Shown here: positions 13,176 to 27,393 of the stretch, one piece after another
How positions within the stretch are numbered: the first letter of the stretch is position 1
How the letters are laid out: each line of letters starts with the position of its first letter
Source of the DNA: Coniocarpon cinnabarinum
Taxonomy: Eukaryota
Reading direction: 5' to 3'
NCBI GenBank assembly: GCA_051942205.1
Contig: JAVECO010000163.1
Location: 1-53,232, forward strand
Length of the DNA: 53,232 bases
The notes under the pieces: generated by a model
The model's input: only the letters and a program-made list of their open reading frames with translations
Database searches by the model: none
What the model was told of the DNA's origin: nothing
Translations under genes and position numbers: made by a program

Positions 13176-14206
13176 ATGGACGGTCTAATATCAAAGTATG
13201 GCACGCCGTCATTTGAGGAGTCAAGTTTCAGCCAAGAACAAGAATATGATCTTTCATTATCGACACCGTCGCTCTCGCTGAAGTTCGCTATGCCACCAGT
13301 GAAAGATGTATGACCTCCACAAAGCGTGCACATCTTAGTCATCTGGCCCTCCTTGATCCTACGACTAACATGCTCTCTAGCCTCACTCATGGCTCCGAAC
13401 AATGACAGACGATGCTTCCAACCCCAACTGCCCCATAAAGCTTGCTCACGGTACAACCACACTTGCATTTCGGTTTCAAGGAGGTCGGTAAACCCTCTGC
13501 CTGGATATCCATGTTTCCCTGCTTACCAAAGTGAAGGTATCGTGGTAGCGACAGATTCGCGAGCCAGCGCTGGTGACTGGATAGCTTCACAGACTGTCAA
13601 GAAGGTCATTGAGATCAATCCTATGTTGCTTGGTACGATGGCCGGTGGCGCCGCAGATTGCCAGTATTGGCTGGGGTACCTGGGCATGGAGTGCCGCTTG
13701 TGGGAGCTCCGACATAAGCGCAGAATATCAGTCGCTGCTGCTTCAAAAATGCTAGCAAACATTGTGTACAACTACAAGGGTTACGGCCTGAGCATGGGCA
13801 CAATGATTGCCGGTGTGACACGACTTGAGGGACCAGCCCTGTACTATGTCGACAACGATGGCACGAGACTACCAGGAAATTTGTTCTGTGTGGGAAGTGG
13901 TCAGACCTTTGCGTATGGCGTTCTGGACGCACAGTATGACTACAATTTGAAGGAGGACGAAGCATTGGAGCTGGGCAGCAGAGCAATCTTGGCTGCCACG
14001 CACAGAGACGCTTTCTCTGGTGGATTCATCAATTTGTATCACATCAAAGAGAATGGCTGGGTCAAGCATGGTTTCCGGTGCGGACTACTTACGAAGTACT
14101 TGAGAACGATTGAGCGACTGACATTTAGCGCAGGGACACAAATCCGATCTTCTGGAAAACGAGATTGGAGAAGCAAGAGTTTAACAACGTCACAACAGAT
14201 GTCTGA
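13176..14206 (+). CDS. PRE2: 20S proteasome subunit beta5 (chymotrypsin-like), 282-aa precursor; exons 13176-13307, 13381-13483, 13537-14077, 14134-14206
   Basis: Propeptide cleavage site AHG|TTTLAF with catalytic Thr1. Motifs [41 protein letters not shown] and [10 protein letters not shown]. The three introns give a frame-consistent model. Confidence 0.95.
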
Positions 14207-15796
14207 GCAAGCTGACGCGAGCAAAGTCCACATCTGCTTGTATCAGGAGGCGCTTGTAGTGTACTTTAGGCGGTTGCCAGACTGTGTAATATTATGGGAT
14301 CCGAATCACGCCTGCCGCAAGCGCCCCAATTGCAAAGTCCTGACCCTTCATACACTTCTTGTGCTATTACTGTCCGGCAGTCTCAAAGGTTGGTAGCCAT
14401 GTCGCTGTCGCTGTCGCCACTACCGATTTCCTTACGATTGGGCTTCAAGATGGGCCCTTGATACCCACCATCCGTATACTGCCAATGATAGCCCATTTGT
14501 TTGAAGTAGATGGATGCTATTTCCTCCTTCGTAAGGGCTCATCTGTCATTCAAAAGTGGAAAGATTAAGAGCCAGGACCAAACCTTAGTCTTGAGCTGAA
14601 AGTATGTCCGGATGATCAAAGTCAGCGCACTCATGAAGCACGCCCTCATCCTCTTTTCCCTGATCCTACAGACAGGGATAAAGAGAAGTCTCCACAATGA
14701 CTCCGAGGTCTCTGGAACTGCTTGAATTCCTCACGATCCAGCAAATCAGTAGATTGACATCGTCCTTGTTAACATCGTCGTCAAAACTTGGGCAGACAGC
14801 CTTGCCGTATAGGAAACTCCCAAGTCCCAACCAGTGAAGTTACTCCGAGTATATTCCAACGGAAGAGACAAACTCAGAGATTCGAAGAACTGCCACGATC
14901 CCTCATCGTATGTGCCTCACCGCCTCCACCTGCACGTACCCGTCCTCCCGCCTTTTGGCAGGACACCGCCTCTGCCTTCTGAGCAATCAGACCCCTCATA
15001 TTTTGTATTACAATTTATCATTCCAACTCTGGGTCGCTCAAGCTTGAGTGGTGTAGTTGGCTAACCTTTCTTCTAGTGTCGTCGTTTTCACGATGGCGTG
15101 CATCACCACTTAAACTACTGAAGCTATTGAATCGCAACATGATGCTTTGAAAGGCGTCATGTTTGCATTTAAAGTTACTCGAGTAAGTTCATCCCTTCCT
15201 GCTTTGAGCGATCCAGAGTTTCCCCTTTGTTGTGTGCCACGTGATTATAAATACGCGGTGAGGTCCTACTTCTCGAAGGATGAAGACATCAAGGTCGGAC
15301 TCGGTCTGATTGGTATCACAACTTTTTCGCCTTTTCTTTGGCCGCATGGCACAATTTATCAGCGAAGTCCGAACAGTGGGTGACATTCCTGTATCTTAGT
15401 TTTGCATTCTTTTTTTTTTTAATACAACGGCCACTCATTCTTTGATCTTACCCCTCAGTGGCCTTACTTTGCCAATGTAGCGTGTGCTCAGGCATGGCTG
15501 CATTCAGTTTTCTTTTTGTTGTCGCACATGTGCACTGGGAGTCGCGTCGCGTATGTCTATGAGTACTCATTCATCGATTGGAGCATCCGGTTTGGCGAAA
15601 GATATTCTCTTCTAATTGCCCAGAGTTGAGCATCGAACACCTGAAAACCGAACAAGCATTTTTCAAGTGATCAAAGCGAGTCCAAAGTCCGCACGAGCTC
15701 CTGGTTAACCCATGAAGAGTTGACTGAGCACTGAATTGAGCACAAGGCCCTCTATTACCGAGCTTTTACAATTACACACGCCCTCTCACTCCAGCC

Positions 15797-17121
15797 CTAC
15801 TCCAGCAAAGCCGCTTGATTCGCAAACAGCACATCCACCACACCGCCCAACTTCTCAATCGTCCCCAACGCGCTATCATACCCCTCATCCCTCCCCGCCT
15901 CCTCAAACACAATCAAACAGCCCTCTCCCTGATCTAGTACACCCGTAATCTTCTTATCCAGAATCATCTGGCTCAGCTTCCGTTCCACGGCTAGTGTATC
16001 CAGTCCCACCATCTTGGCTACATGCGTGATCTCGACTCGACTGAAGGGTTCAATGACTTTGACCACGTTCTGCTCGAGCATGGCGTCGTAGAGACGCTTG
16101 AGGTGGCCTCGGACGAAACTGTCCGCGCCGAGGGTTGTTCGCCATGTGCTAAGTGCGGCTTCGTATTCGGCGAGGGAGCGATGCTCGTGTGCGTTCGCGA
16201 TCGCGCGCATGGCTTCGAGTTGGGGTCCTGCAAACTTCTGAGCGTGTTTAGACGCGAGCAAAGATTGAACTTCGTCATTGGCATTGTCCATGATCTTGCA
16301 CAGAAGCATGTATTGCAGCGCCGCGGTGGCTTGCTTAGGTGCATCTTGGCCGGCGTAACCTTCGAGTGCTTCTACGAAATAGGAATGCGCAGTCGTAAAG
16401 TCGCCGTCTTCGGCGTGGAGCATGCCACTTTGCATGTCCAGACCTGCTTGCAAAGGCGGAGGTGTGTACACGGAAGCGGCAGAAGTTCGAGCGCTGGTCA
16501 AGCTGGCGCGAGCCTTGGGTTGATTTCCGAGGGCATGGTAAGCGCGTGATTCGAGGAGTTGGACTTCGACGAGCGTGAGCTTGTCATCGAGGCGTTTGAG
16601 TTCTTTGAGAAGGGTTGACGTGAGTTGCAGAGCGGCGTAGTATTCTTTTTGCTGCAAGTGTAATGAGATGAGGCGAGTCTCGAGAGCTTGCCGTAAGAAG
16701 GAACGAGAGGTTTGTCGGGACCAAGTGATGAGTGATTTGGTGAGAGATATCTGGATGCCAGTTGTGCCGGCAAGGGGATGGAAAAGATCGAGAAGGTTGC
16801 GGACTAGATTACCCGTTAGCTGGCATTATATGTTGACGCCTTTCTGAAGCACGTACCTATCTTCGCAGTTTTCGCCTTAGGCAGACTACTCAGCTCGCCG
16901 CGAGTATGTTCTACCAGATCTGAGAGCTCCTGGATCTTTTTGTGATCCCGATAAAGCTGGCCGAGACCCATTAGGGCGTTCTCGTAGTCTCTTGCGGAGG
17001 CATCTGAGTTGCCAGGCCCTTTTGATAGAATGTCTTTGAATGTCTGCTCCGCCTTTTGCGGCTCGTCTTTGGACTGTTTTTTTGCTTCTTCGATACGCTT
17101 TGGTGTCTCTGGTACTGCCAT
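15797..17121 (-). CDS. RPN6: 26S proteasome lid subunit Rpn6 (PCI), 423 aa; exons 17121-16857, 16803-15797
   Basis: LPKAKTAKIVRNL across the 53-nt intron 16856-16804. Motifs LLKELKRLDDK, LDMQSGMLHAED, YMLLCKIM and VERKLSQMILDKK..GVLDQGEG. Confidence 0.95.
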
Positions 17122-17348
17122 TTTGTGCACAGTACTAAGATCAATTCTCTTTTGGAAGATTGGGAGGCTTGCTGGGTAGCGATGAAGCCGTAGCTTTTCT
17201 AGTATGCGTCTTAACAAACAAGATCCGTCTAAAGACGTTCGTCTAATCATCTGCAATATCTCCGCCTTAACTCCGAGAACGCCAAGATTTCGCCAAATTC
17301 AAGAAGACTTAAATGCTTAAGCGGACGCTTTGAGCTCTGCACTCAAGA

Positions 17349-18752
17349 ATGGTAAGTTTGAGGTAATTCACACTCTCAAGTCGGCATCTGACGAGCTTTT
17401 AGAAAGTTCAAGCCCTTACACGCTCCTCCGAGTCCTTCCAACCCGCCGGCTCCTCTCTCCAACGCCTCCCCCGCAACCTAAGCACATCCCACCACCCCTT
17501 CGAGCGCGCCCGCGAATACACCCGCGCCCTCAACGCCACAAAGCTCAATCGGCTGTTCGCGCAGCCGTTTCTCGGTCAACTGGGTCACGGCCACGTCGAC
17601 GGCGTTTACACCCTCGCTTCTGATCCCAATTCCCTTGAGCGCTTGGCTTCTGGCGATGGCTCCGGCGTTGTCAAAGTCTGGGATGTTACCAATCGAGAGG
17701 AGGTGTGGCAGGCGAAGCCGCATATCGCCATTGTGAAGAGTGTTTGTTGGACGCTTGATCGGAAACTCTTAAGTGCGGGGAGTGTGGATAAGAGCGTTGC
17801 ATTGCACGATCCTTATAATTCTCCGTCGAAATCGGAGCCGCTGTCGCAGTATCATGGCAAGACGCCCTTTACGGGTCTATCACATCATCGTGATGAACCG
17901 GCTTTCGCCGCTTCAACGGCAACTGGCATTCACATCTACGACCTCAACCGCCCTGGCGCCACACCGACACAAACCCTCCAATGGCCCACCTCCGTCGACA
18001 CACTTACAACCGTCTCATTCAATCCCGTCGAAACCTCGATCCTCGCCTCGGCCGCTACGGATAGATCCATCGTCCTCTATGACCTCCGCACGAATTCTCC
18101 TCTCACTAAGACGACACTCTCCCTCTCCACGAACGCCATTAGCTGGAATCCCATGGAAGCCTTCAATTTCGCGGCGGCATCCGAAGACCACAACGTCTAC
18201 ATATTCGACTCCCGGAATATGAAGCGCGCCCTGAATGTACTGAAAGATCACGTCGCGGCCGTCATGGACGTCCGCTTCAGTCCTACAGGCGAAGATCTAG
18301 TGACTGCGTCATACGACCGGACGGTCCGTCTTTGGAGTCGGTCACGGGGGCATAGCAAAGACATCTACCACACCAAACGCATGCAACGCGTCTTCTCAGC
18401 ATTGTACACACAAGACACAAATTACATCCTCAGCGGTTCCGACGATGGGAACATCCGACTCTGGCGCGCTGACGCGTCAAAGCGTGCGGGTCCTAAGAGC
18501 GCAAGACAGCGCCAGAGTTTGGAATATAGCGAGGCTCTGCGAAGAAGGTACGGTCATATGCCGGAGGTACGACGGATTGAACGACACAGACATGTGCCGA
18601 AGGTTGTGAAGAAGGCGGGGGAGATCAAGAAGGAAGAGGTGAGCTCGATGAAGAGACGGGAGGAGAATCGTCGGCGGCACGAGAGTAAGACGGCTGGATC
18701 TAAGAAACGGAAGGGAGAACGAGAGGGAATGGTGGTGGGGACGGAGGAGTGA
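17349..18752 (+). CDS. SOF1: U3 snoRNP / SSU processome WD40 protein Sof1 (DCAF13), 450 aa; exons 17349-17351, 17403-18752
   Basis: ATG is followed immediately by intron 17352-17402 (GTAAGT..CTGAC..TAG). Then HPFERAREYTRALNATKL, WD40 repeats, YHTKRMQRVF, SGSDDGNIRLWRA and the Sof1 C-terminal domain. Confidence 0.95.
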
Positions 18753-19246
18753 TGGTGATTGTATGCTTGTGTGGGAATGAGCACACCTTCAAGTTAGACG
18801 CGGGTGGAACAGGATATATGAAGACAGCAATGTCGATAGATACCCATTTTACGAGACGAGGGCCCCATGAGTTGGACGAGATCCATTGAGTGCTTCACCG
18901 TTAGTTCATGTGCCATGGTTCGCTTCTCGGCACGCTTGGAACGCACAAAACGATGCGCGTAGATTATTGGAATGAAGAGATACCGCAATACCAGAATGAA
19001 CGACAGCGAGATCTCAAATGATCGCGGCTCCATGTATTTATTTTTGGTATCTATCATGCTCATCAACGGACAAAGGAAAGACCAAACATGCACACGTTCC
19101 GAATATCTAGGAATCTATACAGACTCCACCGATGCACTGCTCCAAAGATTTTTGGCAATCTCTGAGTACCCTACGAACAAGCTCGAGTGACGCGGCCCGA
19201 CACGATCATTACCGCCAGAGCTCAGCACACAGATCTATTCTCACCC

Positions 19247-21076
<1,830 letters not shown>

Positions 21077-23012
21077 TTTGGTGCTCTTGAGAGAGAACTG
21101 GGGTAGATGTGAGAAGTGCAAGCAACAGTGGACGGTAGACGATGAGGACAGGCGAAGCTGCTCGTCTGAAGGCGAGAGAGAGTAGTGGATGGAATGGTGG
21201 TGTGGTGGACTGGAGGGTTTTGGAACACACACTAAAAAAATATTGCCGTCACCCCAATGATACTATCTGGAGACCCTGAGATTGGTGCAAATAAGGGGCA
21301 CGCTAGTCTCCAATGCCGCAACGGTGCGTCTGCAAATGCAATGGAGATGCGATTGACTTTGCAGTGGCGCTCGTTCGTCTACAACCACAAGCAACGACTT
21401 CTTTGCATGCTATATACGGTCCAGCATACTGGAAGTAGCATCTATGGCATGTTCCGTCCACGTCGCCAGCGAGGCTGAGGACTTTGGAGGGCGCTCGAGC
21501 CGCCTGCCAAAGTCACTTACGCTCCAGTTGCGTTCGCGCTACTTCAAACATCGAAGGTCTTGATCGATCTGTCTGAAGAAATCTCCACTGGGAGGCGTAG
21601 ATCAGGGGCTAGACAGGTCCGAGCAGGTCTTACCCGCACGAGGCAACCTCTTCACAATCCGTGCGAGTGATGGACGAGGTTGTGTCTGCCGCGCCGCGCG
21701 TACAGGCATCGTCACGAGATGAGGCTGGCTACATCCTGGGACCTGAAGGATGTCGTGGTCGTCGCTGTAGCGACGTGACTGTGAACAGACTGGGGGCGAT
21801 AGATAGGAGTGCGGTGCGGGTAGCAGGAGGTGTCCCGCTGGCCAATCTTCCGCCATTTCTTGCGCACGGACCAGGCAACGTAAGCTTTTTGTTGGTGCTG
21901 AAACATCGACCTTCAGCCCTACCTAGCGGATGTCTCTTCCATCCATTTAGGTTGTTTGCGCACCAGGGGAGCTTGCCTATCGATAGGAACTAGATGTTGA
22001 CAGTCTCGGTAGGATGCTTCAATCAATTGCCAAAATGCGATGCTGCGGAATTCGTGAGCAATATCACGGAGACAAGCACAAACGTTCAGGGCTGTCATCT
22101 GCCACATTCACGGCCTGTCGACTCCGTATTGCTTTCGTGTCATGTGCAAAGCGCTCGAGGCGTGTGCGCGCGCAGAGTCAGATACGCAAAGTATCGAATG
22201 TGGAACACCTCTGGCTGCCGTATCAGTATTGGAAGACGCGTACGCGTGGGGCACGAATATAGGCAACGGCACGCCATGTGTGGACAAGTGTCAACCATGA
22301 TGCCGCAACAGAGTGTGGCTTTGCCACGTATCTATCGAATCTGAGACTGCTGCTGCGATCGACCGAGACCCATGGCTGGATTGGAGACCCGTTGGCTCGA
22401 TTGAATGGCTCCGTAGCAACTTTAGGGGTGACGCGCCAGCAACGGATCATAGGGATTATTTCTAGAAATAAGATAAAGGGGGAAAGGAACGCTAGTTAAT
22501 CATGCTAGCCGGCGAGAAGCTCAGGCAGCGGGTGAGCGAATAACAGGGCATTGCGCGTCAGCGTGCAAAAGAGTGTGGAGGTTCTGGCGCGCAGCCGGCG
22601 TCGTACTGGACTCTCAGCGCTCTCAGGGCTTTTTGCACGCCCTGTAGCAAAAGGGGGTGGCCAGATAAGCCCTCACTCCTCGCCCACCTGCACGTCAACG
22701 TAGCGCCGCAGTGCCACAATCTTCCCTCCCAGCCTGCTGCCCTTCCAGTCTCCAGTCGACCCAAACCCTGACTCCCCCCAAAATTAAGCCCGCCAACCAG
22801 CTCAGCTTTTTTCAACACCTCCTCAAGAACCTCTTCCCCTCCCCTCCGGTCCATCGTCTGAAAGGACTCTCCTCAATCGCCATTCAGTCCCTCTCTCAGT
22901 CACTTGTCTCTACTTCTTCTTCGTTATCTTTGTCCCCCGCCTTTGCGCTCTCGCTCCAGTACAAACATTGTAATCAAGGGGTCTCCTCCATTCGCCCAGA
23001 ACCACTCCAGCC

Positions 23013-24556
23013 ATGTCCAGCGACGAGAAGGCACGCCAGTCGGGCGACTCACCTCGCCAAGAGGCTCAGGCTCAGAGCCTTCCTACCGTCAACCCCACCA
23101 CGGAGAAGCCAGAGCCCCCAAAGGCCACCTTCCATCCCGCCGTCTACATTGCGTGAGTCCCCTCGATGGCCCTCGTCGCCAGCTGGCCTGGCCGGAAATT
23201 GACCAAGACGCTGACCATCTCTCAGCACCTGGATTTCATTGAGTTCGAGTGTCATCCTGTTCAATAAGTGGATTCTCGATACTGCAGACTTTCGTGAGTT
23301 TTCTAATCATCATGGAAGTGTTTGGGACCGAATGCTGACTTGAATCTTCAGATTTCCGTGAGTACCCAACATCCACATATAACAATCATCAGGTCACCAG
23401 AAATTGACATCTCACCAGCCATCTTCCTCACGACATGGCATCTCGGCTTTGCGACGCTCATGACACAGCTCATGGCGCGCTTCACATCCACGCTCGACTC
23501 AAGACATTCCGTGCCTATGACAGGGCGGGTCTATCTTCGCGCCATCGTCCCCATCGGCGTCTTCTTCTCTTTGTCCCTGATCTGCGGTAATCTAACATAC
23601 CTCTACCTCTCGGTGTCCTTCATTCAGATGCTCAAGGTACGCACGACGCAGCGAGGAAGATGTCAACCATACGACACGAGAAGCATTAGACTGACTGCAA
23701 CATCAGGCCACCACCCCGGTCGCTGTCCTGCTCGCTACATGGTCTCTGGGTGTCGCTCCGCCAAATCTGAAGACCCTCGGCAATGTCTCCTTCATCGTCG
23801 TTGGTGTCATCATTGCCTCATTCGGTGAGATCAAGTTCCACCTCCTCGGCTTCTTGTTCCAAGTTGGTGGCATTACTTTCGAGGCTATCCGCCTGGTCAT
23901 GGTCCAGCGACTCCTCAGCTCTGCCGAGTTCAAGATGGACCCCCTTGTCTCGTTGTACTACTTTGCGCCAGCGTGCGCCGTCATGAACGGTGTCGTGGCC
24001 CTGTTCTTCGAGTTTCCCAAGATGACTCTGGATGACATTTATCGCGTCGGCGTCTTCATTCTGCTTGCCAATGCCATGATTGCTTTCCTCCTCAACGTCT
24101 CGGTCGTTTTCTTGGTGAGTTGCGGGAAGTCGCGCCTCTGGGTTCGTGCTTTGCTAAACAGAATCCTAGATCGGCAAGACGTCCTCTCTCGTCCTCACGC
24201 TTTCTGGAGTGCTTAAAGATATCCTCCTTGTCGTTGCCTCGATGGTCATCTTCCGCGACCCTGTCTCGCTTCTTCAAGCCTTCGGATACGGAATTGCGCT
24301 TTCCGGCCTTGTCTACTACAAGCTTGGAGCCGACAAGCTCAAGGAATACTTTGGTCAAAGTGGTCGCTCGTGGGCCGAGTACCGCGCTACACACCCTGCC
24401 ATGTCCAAGCTCATCATCTTCGCAGCCGCCGTGGTCATCCTCTTCATCTTACTTGGAGGACTCTTCCCATACGTTCCCGAGGATGCAAGACAAAAGGTCA
24501 CCAATCCTATTCCTGGCTTGCTTGGCAAGACGGGCTCAAAGACTGGTACGAACTAG
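23013..24556 (+). CDS. ugtA: UDP-galactofuranose transporter (nucleotide-sugar / triose-phosphate transporter family), 408 aa; exons 23013-23152, 23226-23293, 23352-23357, 23419-23636, 23707-24114, 24170-24556
   Basis: Motifs WISLSSSVILFNKWIL, FPIFLTTWH, YLYLSVSFIQMLKA, KMDPLVSLYYFAP and IGKTSSLVLTLSGVLKDILLV. Adjacent and divergent to the mutase, like Aspergillus glfA/glfB. Confidence 0.85.
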
Positions 24557-25117
24557 GTGTAACGAACTTTGCACGACACGCCAGATCACCTGAGTGACTT
24601 GTGATGAGCTGCGCATATCACAACGTGTGAACACAAGCACAACGCATACTTTATGTTCACGTAATGCTCATCGCAGAGTCAGGGATGTGGGGGTTCTTCC
24701 GTGGATTTCCTGGTGTATGAATGGCATGGAGTTCCCACGGTCAACGCTAAATGGAGATGCATTGAATTGTCGCGCTCTTCGCGAATGATGAGTTCGTCAG
24801 CGCAATTTCTTTCCCGCACTTGCAGGGCCGTTTTGTTTTCGAAGGTCTTGGGAACCAGAGTTTTTCTACCTTGCACAAGCACATGTATTTTACAGAATCT
24901 TTAAAAGCAAAGACACCAAACCATAGACTTGAATGAATAAGATGCATCTACACGATGCCTTGGGAAATTGATTTACGAACAGTTTTGAGTTGTGTCGCAG
25001 TCGACATGTATATATCGTCCGGTCTGGAAGCATGCACTGTTCAAATTCTCGACCCTGCCGGTTGATGACTTGCTCGTAACGCGTTTCTCCCATCAACTTC
25101 AGTCCTTCAGGCGTAAG

Positions 25118-26145
25118 ATGCTGTACCTTGTGGGCCTCGGACTAGCCGACGAGCGAGACATAACAGTCAAAGGCCTCGAGATTGTACAGCGCGCCCAACG
25201 AGTCTATCTCGAAGCATACACGGCTATCCTGCTGGTCGATCATGGACGGCTGGTGCGTCAGACGTCGACCAAGCACTACGTATCGAAGACTGACGGACTC
25301 ATCAAGTACAGGAAGCCTTTTACGGCCGCCCAGTGATTGTTGCCGAGCGAGAGATGGTGGAGACTGAGAGCGACGAGATTCTCAGAGGCGCCCGCGACAC
25401 GGACGTTGCGTTTCTCGTGGTGGGCGATCCGTTCGGGTGCGTCCGAGATGTACCGTCGACTTGTACTCGGCTCCCCGACTTCATGCGTCTTCTCGCTGGA
25501 CGAAGTGTGAGCGAATGCCCGATGATACGTAGCTAACAACGCAGCAGAGCTACGACGCATACCGATCTGGTATTACGCGCGCGGGAACTTTCGATCCCAG
25601 TGCGCACGATCCATAATGCGTCTATTATGAACGCTGTCGGTGCCACTGGCCTGCAATTGTACAACTTTGGTCAAACGGTGTCTATGGTCTTCTTCCTGGA
25701 CAACTGGAAGCCAACGTCATTCTACGACCGGGTCGCCGAGAACGCCAAGATCGGTCTACATACGCTCATCCTCGTTGACATCAAAGTCAAGGAGCAGAGC
25801 ATTGAGAACATGGCACGTGGGCGCAAGATATACGAGCCTCCGCGGTTCATGACGGTCGCGCAGTGCGCCAGCCAGATGCTCGAGAGCGAGGAGATCCGCG
25901 GAAAGGGGGTGTATGGGCGTGACAGTCTGGCAGTGGGATTGGCGCGCATAGGCGCGGAGTCTCAGGTCATGAAGTGTGGAACACTGGCGCAGCTGGCAGA
26001 GGTAGATCTGGGACCGCCGCTGCATAGCTTGATCCTGTTGGGATCGAGGACACACGAGCTGGAGCGGGATTACTTGAGAGAGTTTGCGGTGGATCAGCAG
26101 GTGTTTGATAAGATTTGGGAGAGTCAGTATGCGCGTCCGCCGTGA
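25118..26145 (+). CDS. DPH5: Diphthine methyl ester synthase, 285 aa; exons 25118-25252, 25312-25436, 25548-26145
   Basis: Motifs [71 protein letters not shown] and GPPLHSL. Confidence 0.95.
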
Positions 26146-27393
26146 GGGGCGCGCGTCGGTTGAAGTAGGCCGATACTGAATGGTGATAACGCTGCCCCAC
26201 ACGAAGGGATGAAGGGACCCGTGGACCACGTTGAGGAGATCGATATGAACCCTGTGGCGCGGCCGATATGTTATATTGGTGATGATTGCGAAGTGACAAG
26301 ACAGAGTCGAAGCTGGGTGAGCCGTGTGATGATGGCGTTTGACGAATTGCGCGCTGGCAGCTGACTTGGACGCGGAGAAGAACAACACGAAAACGGCATA
26401 GCGGAAGGCGCTTCCGCATCGAGCGACTGGGGTGATATATATTGCATACGTTATGCAGCAACAACAATATCGAACAGCATTATGCCTGCGCGTGCGTCTC
26501 ATGATCGGGGTCCGAGAAAGTTGAGGTCCGGTGTCGCGGCGACGTAGGTCGAAAACCGTCTCACCATTCGACAATCGTGGAGCACGATGTGCTGAATGGT
26601 GCCATGACAAGTTCAGCGTTTGGCGCGATGGAAGTGCCGGATTGGCCGTGCCGTTTATCCAACCACGCTCGTCGTCTCACCACGGGCTCCCGCATGCACG
26701 CAACTCGCTTTCTCCCGCTCATACTCTGCCAGCTGTGTGTCTGACTCCACCCTCCGCGCTCCTGCTTGTCGCCGGAGACTTGTTCAGCCCATTGCAGGTC
26801 GAACGCTGCGACGGCTACCCACTCCTCGCGCGCCACGCTGCCCATGTCTCGGTCAATCAGCGAGAGCAGGGGGCTCGCAAGACGACAGTCTCTTCTCTCT
26901 TCCAACCTTCAAGACTCAGGACCATCACGCATGCATGCCCAGAACGGCCCACTCTTCCTTATCGACAGGGATCTGCCCCCGTTCTGAGTCGATCATCCAG
27001 TGTGCACGATTGCGGGCCCGCATGCGGCTCACCGTTCCCTCTAGTGGGCTCGTCCGCCGCCTGCTTCGACGACTCAAAGACCAGTGACTGCCCGCAAAGG
27101 TCCGGTAGATTTTCTCTAGAATGACACGGAACCGCAACAAGCTTTGTGGGTTCACGCGCTCTGGGGGTCATTTCTGCGGCTGCTGGGGCCATCGTCCCAG
27201 GATGTTGTCATGACAGCCCGCTCACGCCCGTCCTTGCGCCGCTGTTGCTATTGCAGCATTAACACGCCCCGCCCGCTCACTTTGTCGCCCTTGTCTCTGA
27301 CCTGGTCTCTTCCTCAGCGTCGTACAAAGTCTCGTGTACCTGGATTTGTGGGCCTGTTGCGCATGTCTCATTTGTCCGATTCTCTAATATAGG

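Noticed and set aside
14400..15400. Gene between PRE2 and RPN6
   Set aside because: Some splice-like sites exist, but I could not build a frame-consistent model. It may be another relic.
26279..26365. Box C/D snoRNA downstream of DPH5 (GTGATGA twice, then CTGA)
   Set aside because: No terminal stem, only ~8 nt of apparent rRNA complementarity, and it lies in a TG-rich 3' region where such motifs arise by chance.
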